64,000 bases of DNA from the NCBI GenBank assembly GCA_963815455.1, contig CAWFGO010000001.1, positions 1,184,001 through 1,248,000 on the forward strand. The letters are read 5' to 3'. A program made the translations under genes and the position numbers. Every line of letters begins with the position of its first letter. The stretch's first letter is position 1. The stretch is from an uncultured Verrucomicrobiae bacterium. Lineage in GTDB: Bacteria > Verrucomicrobiota > Verrucomicrobiia > Chthoniobacterales > UBA10450. The notes below the pieces were generated by a model. The model was given only the letters and a program-made list of their open reading frames with translations. It was not told the origin of the DNA and searched no databases. This document shows, piece after piece, positions 40,029-50,670 of this stretch.

Positions 40029-42884
40029 TTAACGATTCGCAATCACCGCAAACGGCAGGATCGACATCGCGTCCGACATTTTGAGTTGTCGATCTTGTAT
40101 CCGTAATTCGCGACAGGCAAAAAGCTCGCTCGCGTTCCCGAGCGAAAGCGACTCGGGTAACTCGATAGCCGTATCCTTCCATTTCTCGCCTGTCGGCGGG
40201 AAACCAATTCGCGACGAGAGCCGGGGTGCGATGATTACGATCCAGCGATCATTCAGTTTTCGCGCGAAACTGACGCAGCAATCGGCGAAGGTCCCGCTGG
40301 CGCGAAGCGGCAAATATTCGCCCCGCTGGAAAAGATCGACATTTTCCCGGCGAAATTGCAGCGTCCGCTGGATCAGGAACATTTTGATCCGGCCATCCGG
40401 CCAATTTTGCATCAGTTCCTCCGATTTCGCCTGGCCGAGTGATTCGAGCATTTCGGCGCGCCGTTTGTAATCAACCGGTCGCCGATTGTCGGGATCGACC
40501 AGACTGTAATCCCAGATCTCGTTACCCTGATAAATATCGGGCACGCCGGGCGAAGTGAGCTTGAGCAACGTTTGCATGAGCGAATTGATTGCGCCGAGCT
40601 GGGCGATATCGCGCGCGACCGGCAGAAAATTGGGCAAGAATTTATTTCGCGGCGACGAATCCAAAATCTTCGCGACGAAATCGTGCATCGCTCCATCCCA
40701 AGCCTCGTTTGGCTGAATCCAGCTAGTATTGAGCTTTGCCTCATACAGCGCCTTACCCATGTAGGCCCGAATCCGATCGATGTAGTCAGCCGTCGCGGTC
40801 GTTTCCGGCTCGCCCGACATTTGGATCGGCCAGGTCCCGAGCAATGTCTGATAAAGCAGATATTCCTCGTTCGAGTCCGGCGCTTCCATTTCGTTCACGC
40901 TGCGTTTCCAGCGGCGATTGGCGATCCGCCACTGCTGTAACGATTTGCGCCAGAGCTCGGGCACTTCCGAAAGGGCCACCATCCGCGCACGCACATCCTC
41001 GCTCCGTTTCGTATCGTGGGTCGAAGTGGCGAGTAACGTCGCCGGCCAATTTCGTTGTCGATCCAAATTGCGCTCGTGGAACGCGTCGATGCTCAGACCG
41101 AATTGCTGCGGCTCGCCCCCGACCTCGTTGAGCGCGACCAGCCGATTATAAATATAGAACACCGTGTCCTCGAGTCCCTTGGCCATGACCGGTCCCGTGG
41201 TTTGCTGAAATTTCAGCACGAAATGGGTGTGCGCTTCCCGGGCGGCGTCATCGAGATTTTCCGGAAATCGAAAAAGCAAAACATCGCGCAGAAAATTGAA
41301 GATCGATTCTTCAATGGCCGGGTTCCGGCGCTTGGCCCCGGCGATGGCGCGTTCGACGACTTGTCGATCTTCTTCGCTCACTGGTTGTCCAGGCGCGAGA
41401 TACGTTCGGTAAACAGGGAAGCAGGCGATCGTTTCCCGCACCGCGCGACCGAGCGCCTCCCAGGTAAAATCGCGAAACCAGCGATTCTGTTCGGAAAGTC
41501 GATCCACCATGTTACCGAGAACATCGACATCGTTGGCCAGCGCCAGTTTCATCACCTGGAGTTTTTTTGCGTAAAGGAGATGACCGAAGTGCAACGAGTG
41601 ACCGATGAAGCGATGAAAAATCTTCGTAATCGCCGTCTCAGCAGCCGAATCGGCCAGCAACTGCGTCACCTGATTCGCAAAATCGTAGCCGGTCGTTCCG
41701 TGCACCGGCCAATCTTTCCGCAGGGCTTCCGAACCAGTGAGAATTTTTTCCAGCGCGAGGTAAATTGCGCGCCCGTCGTTTGGCATCGCGATTCCCAGTG
41801 CCTGCGCGCTGCGCCGCTGGAGTTTGTCGAAATATTCCTGCGGCAAATAGAGTCCGTCCGGATGATCGATGCGCAGGCCGGTGACCGCGCCGGCGTGAAT
41901 AAGATCGAGAAGCAGCTGATGCGTGGCCTCGAAAACTTCCGGCACTTCCATCCGAATCGCGGCCAGATCGTTGATATCGAAAAACCGGCGATAATTGATT
42001 TCTTCGGCGGCGACCCGCCAGAATGCCACTCGATAGGCCTGGGCGTTGAGCAACGCGTCGAGCGTGTCGAAACTGCGCGGATCGCCCGGGTGTCCGTTAA
42101 TCTGAGCCAGCGCCTTGTCTATCGCCTGTTGCACCTGCGGCGCTTCCGCGCATCGCCGTTCCAAGCGCCGTTTGATAATTTCCTTCTCCCGGGCCCGTTC
42201 CGCGATCCGTTCTGGATCGGTCTCGGCGCGCTTCGGCAGGTATTCCAGGGCGGTTAGAATACTTTGAAGCTCGGCGTAGAACTCCTCGTCCTTGAATTCC
42301 TCAAGATTCTGGAGCGCGATCTCGATGATGTATTTGTAAGTGCCCGGCGCGATGGGCAGCCGCCGCTCGTAGTAAGTGAGGTAAAATGTGCCTTCCTCGA
42401 AACGCACCTTCAACTCTCCGCGTTCGAGCACCCGCCCGTATTGATCGCCCAGGATCGGAAGCAGAACCTTGTCGTGCAGGTCCGCTTTCAGCGGTTGCCA
42501 GTCGATGTCGAAATAGGGCGCGTAAATCGAGCTCGGGCCGTTTTCGAGCACGTCCATCCACCATTGATTCAGCGGCTCGGAGATGCCCATGTGGTTCGGC
42601 ACGAAATCAAGCAGTTGCCCCATGGAATGCGCGTGCAGCTCCACGATCCAGGCGTCGTACTCCTCGCGCGAACCGATCGCCGCATTCAGTTTATTGTGAT
42701 CGGTGATGTCGTAACCGTGCAGGCTGTCCGGGCGCGCCTGAAAATAGGGCGACGCATAGGCGTCGCTCACGCCTAACGCGTGCAGGTACGGCACGATCTC
42801 GCGCGCTTGCGCAAACGTGAACTGCCGGTTGAACTGCAACCGGTAGGTGCAACTGGGGATGCGCGGGTGTTCCTCTTTTGTCAT
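40029..42884 (-). CDS. treY: Malto-oligosyltrehalose synthase
   Basis: TYRLQF, HGYD, DFVPNHM, INYRRFFD, GLRIDHPDGL, STHDTKRSED, PGVPDIYQG, LVDPDNRRPVD. Confidence 0.96.
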   Translation of the reverse strand: MTKEEHPRIPSCTYRLQFNRQFTFAQAREIVPYLHALGVSDAYASPYFQARPDSLHGYDITDHNKLNAAIGSREEYDAWIVELHAHSMGQLLDFVPNHMGISEPLNQWWMDVLENGPSSIYAPYFDIDWQPLKADLHDKVLLPILGDQYGRVLERGELKVRFEEGTFYLTYYERRLPIAPGTYKYIIEIALQNLEEFKDEEFYAELQSILTALEYLPKRAETDPERIAERAREKEIIKRRLERRCAEAPQVQQAIDKALAQINGHPGDPRSFDTLDALLNAQAYRVAFWRVAAEEINYRRFFDINDLAAIRMEVPEVFEATHQLLLDLIHAGAVTGLRIDHPDGLYLPQEYFDKLQRRSAQALGIAMPNDGRAIYLALEKILTGSEALRKDWPVHGTTGYDFANQVTQLLADSAAETAITKIFHRFIGHSLHFGHLLYAKKLQVMKLALANDVDVLGNMVDRLSEQNRWFRDFTWEALGRAVRETIACFPVYRTYLAPGQPVSEEDRQVVERAIAGAKRRNPAIEESIFNFLRDVLLFRFPENLDDAAREAHTHFVLKFQQTTGPVMAKGLEDTVFYIYNRLVALNEVGGEPQQFGLSIDAFHERNLDRQRNWPATLLATSTHDTKRSEDVRARMVALSEVPELWRKSLQQWRIANRRWKRSVNEMEAPDSNEEYLLYQTLLGTWPIQMSGEPETTATADYIDRIRAYMGKALYEAKLNTSWIQPNEAWDGAMHDFVAKILDSSPRNKFLPNFLPVARDIAQLGAINSLMQTLLKLTSPGVPDIYQGNEIWDYSLVDPDNRRPVDYKRRAEMLESLGQAKSEELMQNWPDGRIKMFLIQRTLQFRRENVDLFQRGEYLPLRASGTFADCCVSFARKLNDRWIVIIAPRLSSRIGFPPTGEKWKDTAIELPESLSLGNASELFACRELRIQDRQLKMSDAMSILPFAVIANR

Positions 42885-42924
42885 GTCGGGCAAAACACCT
42901 TAGACACGATTAGCATAATAAGCA

Positions 42925-43062
42925 TGTCATCCTGAGCGCAGCGAAGGACCTCGCGATTAAGCACAGCGCTCGCGATCAAACAAGCGATCATGCTTCACTA
43001 TTGCTCGATCCGTTTCCCCGCCTGTGCGAGATCCCTCGTCGTCTACGCGACTCGGGACGACA
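42925..43062. repeat. CGTC-type MITE-like element
   Basis: TGTCATCCTGAGC...CTCGGGACGACA. Confidence 0.8.
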
Positions 43063-43066
43063 CAAT

Positions 43067-44807
43067 TTACATCTTCTCCGGCACTTTGATCCCGAGAAGA
43101 TCGAGCCCACATTGCAGAACGCGCGCAGTCAACTCGCACACCGCCAGTCGCGAGCTCCGCGCCGGTTCTTCCGATTTCAAAACCGGACACGCTTCGTAAA
43201 ACGCATGGAAACGCGTTAGCCAGCTCGAACAAATAGTTCGCCAGAACGTTCGGCCGAAAATCGTTCAGCACCTGCGGAACCGTTTCGGCGAACTGGCAAA
43301 GGCGCTTTGCCAGATTGATCTCAGCCAGTTCGCCCAGAACAAGTGGCATGTGCTTCCAGCCCATGTCCTCATCGGCAGGATGCCGATGCCACGTCCCGCC
43401 CGCCTTGCGAAAAATCGATCGAATTCGCACATAGGCGTTCTGCAAATAGGGCGCGGTGTTCCCCTGAAACGAAAGCATTTTGTCCCAGGAAAAAACGTAA
43501 TCGGTCATCCGGTATTGCGACAGATCGCCATATTTCACCGCGCCGATCCCAATTCTTTGGGCGATGTCGATCTTCTCCGCCTCGCTTAATTCGGGATTCT
43601 TTTCTTCAACGATCTTACGGGCGCGCTTGCAGGCCTCATCGAGAACGTCGCGCAGCGGCACGTTGTCGCCCGAGCGCGTTTTCATCAACTTGCGGTCTTC
43701 GCCCAGAATGCTGCCGAACGTGATATGGCGAAAATCGGCCGTGTATCCTTCGCGGCGCGCAATCGCGAAGATCTGTTTGAAATGCAGACTCTGCGGCGCG
43801 CCCACCACATACCAGACCGTGTCGGCTTTCAAATCATTGACGCGATAATCGACCGTCGCGATGTCGCTGGTGGCGTAATTGAATCCGCCATCCCGTTTGC
43901 GAATGATGCACGGTTTATCCGCCAGCTCGGGGATATCGGGAAAAAAAACGACGACCGCGTCTTCACTTTCCTCGGCGATTTTGGACTTGAGCAAACGATC
44001 CACGACGCCGGGCAACCGGTCGTTGTAAAAGCTTTCGCCGTTTTGAATGTCATAATGAATATCGAGCAGCTTGTAGGTCCGCTCGAAATCTTTCATGGAG
44101 AGATCGACGCACTGTTTCCAGATCGACAAATTTTCGGCGTCGCCGGCCTGAAGCTTCACCAGTTCCTGCCGGCAGGCTTCGCGCACGGCCGGATCGGTTG
44201 TCGATCTTTCGTTCGTCTCCTTGTAAATGCGGACCAGCTCGGCGATCGGGTCGGGCTCGAGCGCCTTTCGATCCAGCAAATGCTTCCAGCCGTAGATCAC
44301 CATCCCGAACTGAGTTCCCCAGTCGCCGATGTGATTGTCGCGAATCACTTCGTGACCGAGAAACGTCGCGATCCGGGCCAGCGCGTCGCCTAGAACGATG
44401 CTCCGAATATGGCCAATGTGCATCGGCTTGGCCACGTTGGGCGATCCGAAATCGATCACGACTCTTCGGGGCGATGTCGATGCTGCCACGCCGAGGCGAT
44501 CGTCGCCTAAAACGGCGGCGGCTTGTTTCGTAATCGCTTCGGTGCGCAAGGCAAAATTGATGAAACCCGCGCCAGCCACAGTGGGCGTGTCACAAATTTC
44601 GCCAACATCGAAGTGCTCGATAATTTTCTTCGCAATCTCTCTCGGATTTTCGCCGCGTTGTTTGGCCAGCACCATGGCGGCGTTCGTTTGATAATCGCCA
44701 AAGCGCGGGTCGGCCGCCTGCGTGACTTCGCCCGCGGCCGGAGGCAAGCCCGCCCTGGACAGCGCGTCGCTCAATCGCTTGGCAAGAATTGTTTGGAACG
44801 TTTCCAT
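43067..44807 (-). CDS. argS: Arginine--tRNA ligase (frameshift near 43210)
   Basis: [39 protein letters not shown]; shifted frame ends LGIKVPEKM*. Confidence 0.96.
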
Positions 44808-44858
44808 GAAAATTTAAGGAACTGTAGCCGGTTCGTTGCGCGAAGCGAGAATAGCGCT

Positions 44859-44953
44859 TGTCATCCCGAGCGGAGTCGAGGGATCCCGTCGAGCCGCCTC
44901 TAGATCATGCCGCGGGATTTCTTCGACTCCGCTTCGCTGCGCTCAGAATGTCA
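44859..44953. repeat. CGTC-type palindromic element
   Basis: TGTCATCCCGAGC...GCTCAGAATGTCA. Confidence 0.75.
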
Positions 44954-44960
44954 GCAGCAA

Positions 44961-45428
44961 CTACGTTTTCTGCGAGCCCTCGCGGAAGATCGACAGGATT
45001 TCCTCAGACGATTTCGCAGTGGCCAGATTTTCGCGAACGGTGCGGTCGTTCAGAAACTTCGCGATCGAAGCGAGCGTCCGCAGATGCGTTTGAAATTGAT
45101 TTTTCGGGACAATGAAAAGGACGACAAATTTCACCGGCGCATTATCGAGCGCGTCGAACTCGATGCCGGTTGTCGATCTTCCAAATGCCGCGACCACCTC
45201 TTCCAGCCGGTCGGACGAGCAATGGGGGATGGCGATGCCAAAGCCGATCCCGGTGCTCATGGTTTCCTCGCGTTGTTTGAGCGCGGCCAGAATGGAGTCG
45301 CGATCCGGGGCTTTGATTTTGCCAAGATCGACAAGCAAGTCGATCAGCTCCACGATGGCCGGCCAACGCTCGGTTGCCTTCATCTCCGGGATGATTTGCT
45401 CGGCGGAAAGTAGGTTGGCCAACGACAT
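44961..45428 (-). CDS. ptsN: PTS IIA component (nitrogen-regulatory/fructose-type)
   Basis: REETMSTGIG.GIAIPH, FDALD..PV. Confidence 0.88.
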   Translation of the reverse strand: MSLANLLSAEQIIPEMKATERWPAIVELIDLLVDLGKIKAPDRDSILAALKQREETMSTGIGFGIAIPHCSSDRLEEVVAAFGRSTTGIEFDALDNAPVKFVVLFIVPKNQFQTHLRTLASIAKFLNDRTVRENLATAKSSEEILSIFREGSQKT

Positions 45429-45507
45429 GCGAGTTTTCTCGGGCGGGGAGGGCAAGCTTAGCGGGGGCGCTTGGGTTGACAAGCGCGTTTTGGGCGGCTT
45501 AGCGGCA

Positions 45508-46210
45508 TCAGGAATCCTGCATTTTATAGTTCAATCGTCGCGACAGCAGCCAGCGGACGCCGAACATGTCGATGGTGGCGCGCAACGCGCGATTGCCCAG
45601 GCCGTATTTGCTCTGGCCGAAGCGGCGGGCCCGGTGGTTTACCGGAATTTCAACCAGCCGGAAGCCGGCGCCTTTGACCAGCGCGGGGATAAACCGATGC
45701 ATCCCTTTGAACGGCACGAGCGCGTCGATGCATTCGCGTCGCATGGCTTTCAATGTGCAACCCGTATCGCGCACGCCGTCATGGGTGAACCGGCTGCGAA
45801 CGGCATTTGCAATCCGGCTCGTTAGCCGTTTGAGGAGTGTATCCTTGCGATTTTCGCGGTAACCGCAGACGAGATCCGCGCCACGCTGGATTTCGGCGAG
45901 CAACTTCGGAATATCGGCGGGATCGTTCTGCAAATCGCCGTCGATGAGGATTGCGGTCGCGCCACGCGCGGCCTGAAGCCCGGCATAGATCGCCGCGCTT
46001 TGCCCGGCGTTTTTCTCGAACCGAATCACGCGAACATTCGGCGCGGTTTCGATTCTTTCGACAGTGCGATCGGTCGAACCATCATCGACAAAAATAATCT
46101 CGTGATCGAGTCCTACCGAGAGCTGCGCGCAACTCCGATTGCAGGATCGACATGTTCTCTTCCTCATTGAAGAGGGGAACGACCACCGAGATTTCCGGAG
46201 AAGTTGTCAT
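45508..46210 (-). CDS. Glycosyltransferase family 2 (DPM1/ArnC-like), N-terminal frameshift
   Basis: ISVVVPLFNEEEN (manual), VDDGSTD, DGDLQNDP, DTGC.LK, MHRFIP. Confidence 0.9.
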
Positions 46211-46215
46211 CGGAG

Positions 46216-47796
46216 TCACAACGGGAGGGTCCGATAACTTCGGCAGAGGAAAACTCGCCACGTCCGGACAACCGTGCCGTAGCGCCGCACCTCGATTGTC
46301 CCAACGGTCTCCACCGATTGAAACCCGGCGCTAATGTTGTGCGGAGACACGGTCTTTTATTCCATCGCGGATGAAAAGCGCGCTGCGCCCGACGAACAGA
46401 TTCACGCCGTTCTCTTCGGTATAGACTTGATCGCGCGGGCGCGTCTCGTCCGGCTTCACTTCTACAAATTCATCGTAGCGCGGCCAGAAGGAAAATTGAT
46501 TAACCATGTCCTGCGATTCGGGGATGTAAACCGGCGGGTGCCCCGGCCCTTCCCGGCGTTTATCGCGCAGATAAAATGAAATCTCCGATGCGCGATCGCG
46601 GGCATCGGCAATCAGAAACAATTTCTCGCCCAGTTTCGTTTCCATTTCGTTGCGCATCTCTTCCAGCGCGCCGGTGGCGGATTTCCAGCCCGCGCATCCG
46701 GTCGCTCGGATCGCTCCGCCACAATTTCAAGCCGGCGCTGCGGACCAGATCGGTATCGAGGGCGAGCATGCTCATGAGAAGGCCAAGCGCCAGCGCGACC
46801 CCGGTGCAAATCCGCAAAGCCGCGCGCTCTTCAACCCGTTCCCGCCAGAAATAAATCGCCAGTAATCCAAAACTCAGCATGGCCAGCGCGTCCCAATTCG
46901 GCGCGGCGGCCTTGTTGATGGAGAGAAGCAAATAAAAAGCGAAGACCGGGAGACCGAACCAGAAAAGAAAGAGCACCTTGAATTGTTGATTCACCCGGCG
47001 CCAGCTCGCGATCACGGCCCAGGCCAGGGCCAGAAAAAGAAGAGGCGAATAAGCGAGAAAATGTTGGCCGATGAATTTGAGCGGCTCGACCAAATGAAAA
47101 CCGAAACCGTGTTCGACGCCGCCGCGAGAACGCAGATGGATAAGAGTGATCCAGGCGCGCTGGTCGTTCCAAACGATCGGCGGGATGGTGCAGACCAGCG
47201 AACAGGCCCAGCAACACATAGAGACCGGGCCGGCGAAATTCGTGGCGCAGCCGCGGCGCCAGCGCGAGCACCAGAACGACGGAAACGAGTTCGAACGCAT
47301 TCGTATATTTGCAGAGGAAACCGAGCCCAATGAGCAAACCCGTTAGCGGCCAAAACCAGGAGAATCGCGGACTTTGCTCCAGCGCGATCCAAAACGCGAA
47401 CATCGCGGCAACCCAAAAGAAGATCGACAACGGATCGATCGTCATCAGGAACGAGCCGATGTTGAAAATCGGGGTGACGTTCAATGCGATCACCGTCCAC
47501 AGCGCGGCGTTCGCGTTGAACATTCGCCGGGCGAGATAAAACAAAAGAAGGCTCGTCCCCGCCGCCAGCACCGGGCTGAAAAACCGCACCCCGAATTCGT
47601 TGGCGCCGAAGAGCGCGGTGCCGGCACGAATGACAAAGGCAACGCCGGGCCCCTTGCTGAAATAGGCCGGCGCGAGCCGCTCCGACCACATCCAGTAATG
47701 GGCCTCGTCGAATTCGAGATCGCTCGTCGGGAGCATCGACAATCGCACCAGGGTCAGCGCCAGAACAAAAAACCAAACCGCGCGGGTCGTGCTCAT
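46216..47796 (-). CDS. Glycosyltransferase family 39/83 (PMT/ArnT-like), several frameshifts
   Basis: DEAHYW.WS....AYFSK.P, GLGFLCKYT, PPIVWN; multi-TM. Confidence 0.85.
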
Positions 47797-48444
47797 TGGG
47801 TAGGATCGACAACCAGACTTGAATGGCGCGCGAAAACCTGCGGCATCCATTTTTTCGCAGCCGTTCGCCAAATCCATTCCAGGATTCCGATGATGATCAA
47901 CGCCTCGCCGGTCGCGAGAAAAAAAGTCGCGATCACGTCGCTCGGCCAATGCGCGCCCAGATAGATTCGCGAGTAACCGACAAGCGCGGCCACGATCCAA
48001 TAAAGCCAGCCGCGTCGCCGGTAAAACAACGTGCAGCAGACTGCGATGGCAGTGTTGTTCGCCATGTGTCCCGATGGGAACGACGGCCCGGACCGGTTCC
48101 GATCGGTCGTATCGGAATAACGAATCGTCGGCTTTTTAAAGAGCGTCAAAATTTTCGGACTGGCCTTTTGCAACTCGACCATGCGCACGCTTTCCGCTTG
48201 TTTCGGACGCCGCCGATCTATCGCCGATTTGAGCGTGCCGGTTACCTGCTCGACAATCAGAACGGTGATAAGGATGCAAACCATGCAGGCGCGCGCCTTG
48301 AACCGGCCGAAAACAAGAACAACGAGCACGGCCGACAATGAGCAGCGGTCTCCATATGGCCGCATCGCTCAAGACGGCCATGAACAAATCCAGCGCGGGA
48401 TTCGTCCATTGCTCATTGATAAGATGAAAGAGGGCTTGGTCCAT
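47793..48444 (-). CDS. PAP2 family phosphatase (frameshift near 48340)
   Basis: K..I.R.RP, SFPSGH, SRIYLGAHWPSDV. Confidence 0.9.
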
Positions 48445-48520
48445 GGAGTCGCAAAGAGGCTGGGTTTAAGCTTTAATCACCACCTGCCAATAAACAATGC
48501 CGTAAAATGACGAAGCACGA

Positions 48521-49282
48521 ATGACGAATGACGAAACAAATCCGAATGAACGAATGACCAAACCGCGATCCGACGCTTTAGCTTTGTCATTTGGATTTCG
48601 TCATTCCTTCGGGCTTAGTCATTTGTCATTCGTCATTCCTTTCATCTTCTTGGCGTCGGCTCTGGCCGAGCCTCCGCCGTCCGCCCAGGAAATCCTCGCC
48701 ACGGTTCGAATGCGTCAGGCTCAACAGCAGATCGATCTGAACGGCCAGTTGCGTGAAAACGATGTCGTCGTCCCTTTCCAGCTCACGCAAACGGGTCCGG
48801 TCATTCGCTATTTGTTCCAAGATCCCAAAGAGGTTTTGCAATTGCGGCTTCAGGAGAACGATTCGCGACTTGAAGTAGTATCGGACTCCGATACGGAAAA
48901 GATCCCCGCGTCAAAGCTCGATGAGAAAATTCGTGGCACCGGCGTTACCTATGGCGACCTCGCGCTCAAGTTTCTTTACTGGCCGGACGGCAAAGTATTG
49001 GGCGATGAAACCGTGCACGCCCGGAGTTGCTGGAAAGTGCAATTAAAATCTCCGTCGCGGGACTCGCAATATTCGAACGTCTTGATCTGGGCGGACAAGG
49101 ACAGCAGCGCACTAATGCGCATGGAAGGCTACGATTGGAACGGCAAAATCGCGAAGCGCTTTGAAGTTGTCTCCGCGCAGAAGATCGACAATCGCTGGTT
49201 CCTAAAGCAAATGCGCGTGGAAGAATTCCGGCCCGGGACGAACAAGGTGCAGGCGCGAACGTATTTGGAGATTAAAAAATAG
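48521..49282 (+). CDS. Outer-membrane lipoprotein-sorting (LolA-like) protein; start uncertain
   Basis: IRGT.VTYGDL, WKV.L, Y..V.IW.DK, W.LKQM; N-terminus built from repeats. Confidence 0.8.
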   Translation: MTNDETNPNERMTKPRSDALALSFGFRHSFGLSHLSFVIPFIFLASALAEPPPSAQEILATVRMRQAQQQIDLNGQLRENDVVVPFQLTQTGPVIRYLFQDPKEVLQLRLQENDSRLEVVSDSDTEKIPASKLDEKIRGTGVTYGDLALKFLYWPDGKVLGDETVHARSCWKVQLKSPSRDSQYSNVLIWADKDSSALMRMEGYDWNGKIAKRFEVVSAQKIDNRWFLKQMRVEEFRPGTNKVQARTYLEIKK

Positions 49283-49372
49283 CGTAAGCATCTCGCCTGG
49301 CCGGGAGGAGCTTCTGTCAGGCCCGAGGCAGGCCAAATGACGCGCACAACCGAACCTCCGCCCCCCGGTGTT

Positions 49373-49422
49373 GTGCAAATACACGTGCATTTACACGTTT
49401 ATTCATCTAATTATAGTTAGGT
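49373..49422 (+). other. attI: Putative integron attI site
   Basis: GTTAGGT core at 49416 preceded by ATCTAAT and a 12-bp direct repeat; exact complement of the ACCTAAC of the first attC. Confidence 0.65.
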
Positions 49423-49462
49423 CTTAGGAAACGCCGCGTGAAATCGTCGAGGGACAGTCACT

Positions 49463-49768
49463 GTGGGAGATACTCAGTTCCGGTGGAGTGTGCACCGCCA
49501 ACCGACTTGGGCCACATCGCGTCATGAGCAAATCGGCTTACGTGGGTTAGCGATTCTTGTCGAGCCGGTGGAGGCGAGTCGACGGCAATTGCTCCTGGAG
49601 TTCAGCATTGATCGGTCGCTACACGGTGACATGCCACAGCACCAGCGCTTTCGCATTCCGGACCGTCGTTTGGTCGAGTGTATTGAGAAGGCTGTCGGCG
49701 CAGGCTATGATCCTTCGAGACGTGGAAAACCATTTGTTTATGAGGCCGGACCTCCGTACGAGTTCTAG
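49463..49768 (+). CDS. Cassette 1 hypothetical protein (start uncertain)
   Basis: ORF ends 5 nt before attC1. Confidence 0.7.
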   Translation: MGDTQFRWSVHRQPTWATSRHEQIGLRGLAILVEPVEASRRQLLLEFSIDRSLHGDMPQHQRFRIPDRRLVECIEKAVGAGYDPSRRGKPFVYEAGPPYEF

Positions 49769-49773
49769 CGCAG

Positions 49774-49902
49774 ACCTAACCAGACGATGAAGCTAACGGC
49801 CACTGTCCTGCGTTTTGGTGATGCCTTTCTGGCGGTTACTTTACTTTCACTGCGTTGTGGCCGCTACCCCAGTGGCCGTAGCTTATCTTATTCTCGTTAG
49901 AT
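49774..49902 (+). other. attC: attC site 1
   Basis: ACCTAAC CAGACGATGAAGCTAACGGCCACT...AGTGGCCGTAGCTTATCTTATTCTC GTTAGAT. Confidence 0.92.
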
Positions 49903-49903
49903 C

Positions 49904-50290
49904 ATGAGCAAGCGCGCAACAGAAGATGCCATCCGGAAGGACATCGAAGCGCATCGCCAACGGAACGTTATGCTGGTCCAGCACATCACCAAAAGAGGTG
50001 CCGACACCGCGCGGGAGCGTGACATCGATTGTTTCTTTCACACACGCGGCGAGGATGCCGCCATCACACTGTCGGCATTTTTGCAGTCACGTGGGTTTCG
50101 GGACATTTCCATTGTGGACACCGAGGATGGGGGCGATCACCCGTGGACTGTTCAGGCCGTCCTTACCGGCACAGTAGTCGCCTTTACAGCGGCCGATCGC
50201 ACTGAGGAACTGGTTCGTATCGCAGCAGACCATGACGCACTGTTCGATGGTTGGGGAACACTGCTGGACGAAGTGCCACCGACGATCTAA
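49904..50290 (+). CDS. Cassette 2: RraB-like (ribonuclease E inhibitor domain) protein
   Basis: R.ID.FF, L...GF, C-terminal A..H...FDGWG; stop codon lies within the R'' box. Confidence 0.75.
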   Translation: MSKRATEDAIRKDIEAHRQRNVMLVQHITKRGADTARERDIDCFFHTRGEDAAITLSAFLQSRGFRDISIVDTEDGGDHPWTVQAVLTGTVVAFTAADRTEELVRIAADHDALFDGWGTLLDEVPPTI

Positions 50291-50409
50291 CCAGACGATG
50301 CAGCGAACGGCTTTCCCGGCATGCGTTTACATTTTGCGATGACTAACATACGCTCACTTCAATTCAGCCTCGGTGTCGAAAGCCGTCGCTGATCTTATTC
50401 TCGTTAGGC
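50285..50409 (+). other. attC: attC site 2
   Basis: ATCTAAC CAGACGATGCAGCGAACGGCTTTC...GAAAGCCGTCGCTGATCTTATTCTC GTTAGGC. Confidence 0.92.
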
Positions 50410-50664
50410 GAAGAAGCGAATGACCGTATCGTGACTCACGAATGCACACCGCAATCCGCAGCTGCTGGCAAAAGCCAGTACCTGCTCTCTCCAGCTTCGC
50501 GGGTCCGCTGGATCACACCGAAACCACGTAAAGAAGCCGTCAGTCGTTACCGAGACGCTGCTATAGTCGCTCGCCAGAGATTCGCGTATGCGGTTTCTCA
50601 GCGTTGGGATGCAATCGCTCCACTCATATCCTGTTGTGCTTCTGTTCATATCTTGTGTAAGCAT
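50404..50664 (-). CDS. Cassette 3 reverse-oriented small hypothetical protein
   Basis: ORF whose TAA stop falls in the core site; fills the 5' part of cassette 3. Confidence 0.45.
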   Translation of the reverse strand: MLTQDMNRSTTGYEWSDCIPTLRNRIRESLASDYSSVSVTTDGFFTWFRCDPADPRSWREQVLAFASSCGLRCAFVSHDTVIRFFA

Positions 50665-50670
50665 CTCGGC

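Noticed and set aside
49129..49390. Minus-strand ORFs upstream of attI as an integrase remnant
   Set aside because: No tyrosine-recombinase motifs; they overlap the LolA-like gene antisense
50431..50670. N-terminal 80 aa of the 273-aa ORF in cassette 3
   Set aside because: A signal-peptide-like segment begins only near 50671-50700; the upstream part is likely the shadow of the reverse ORF
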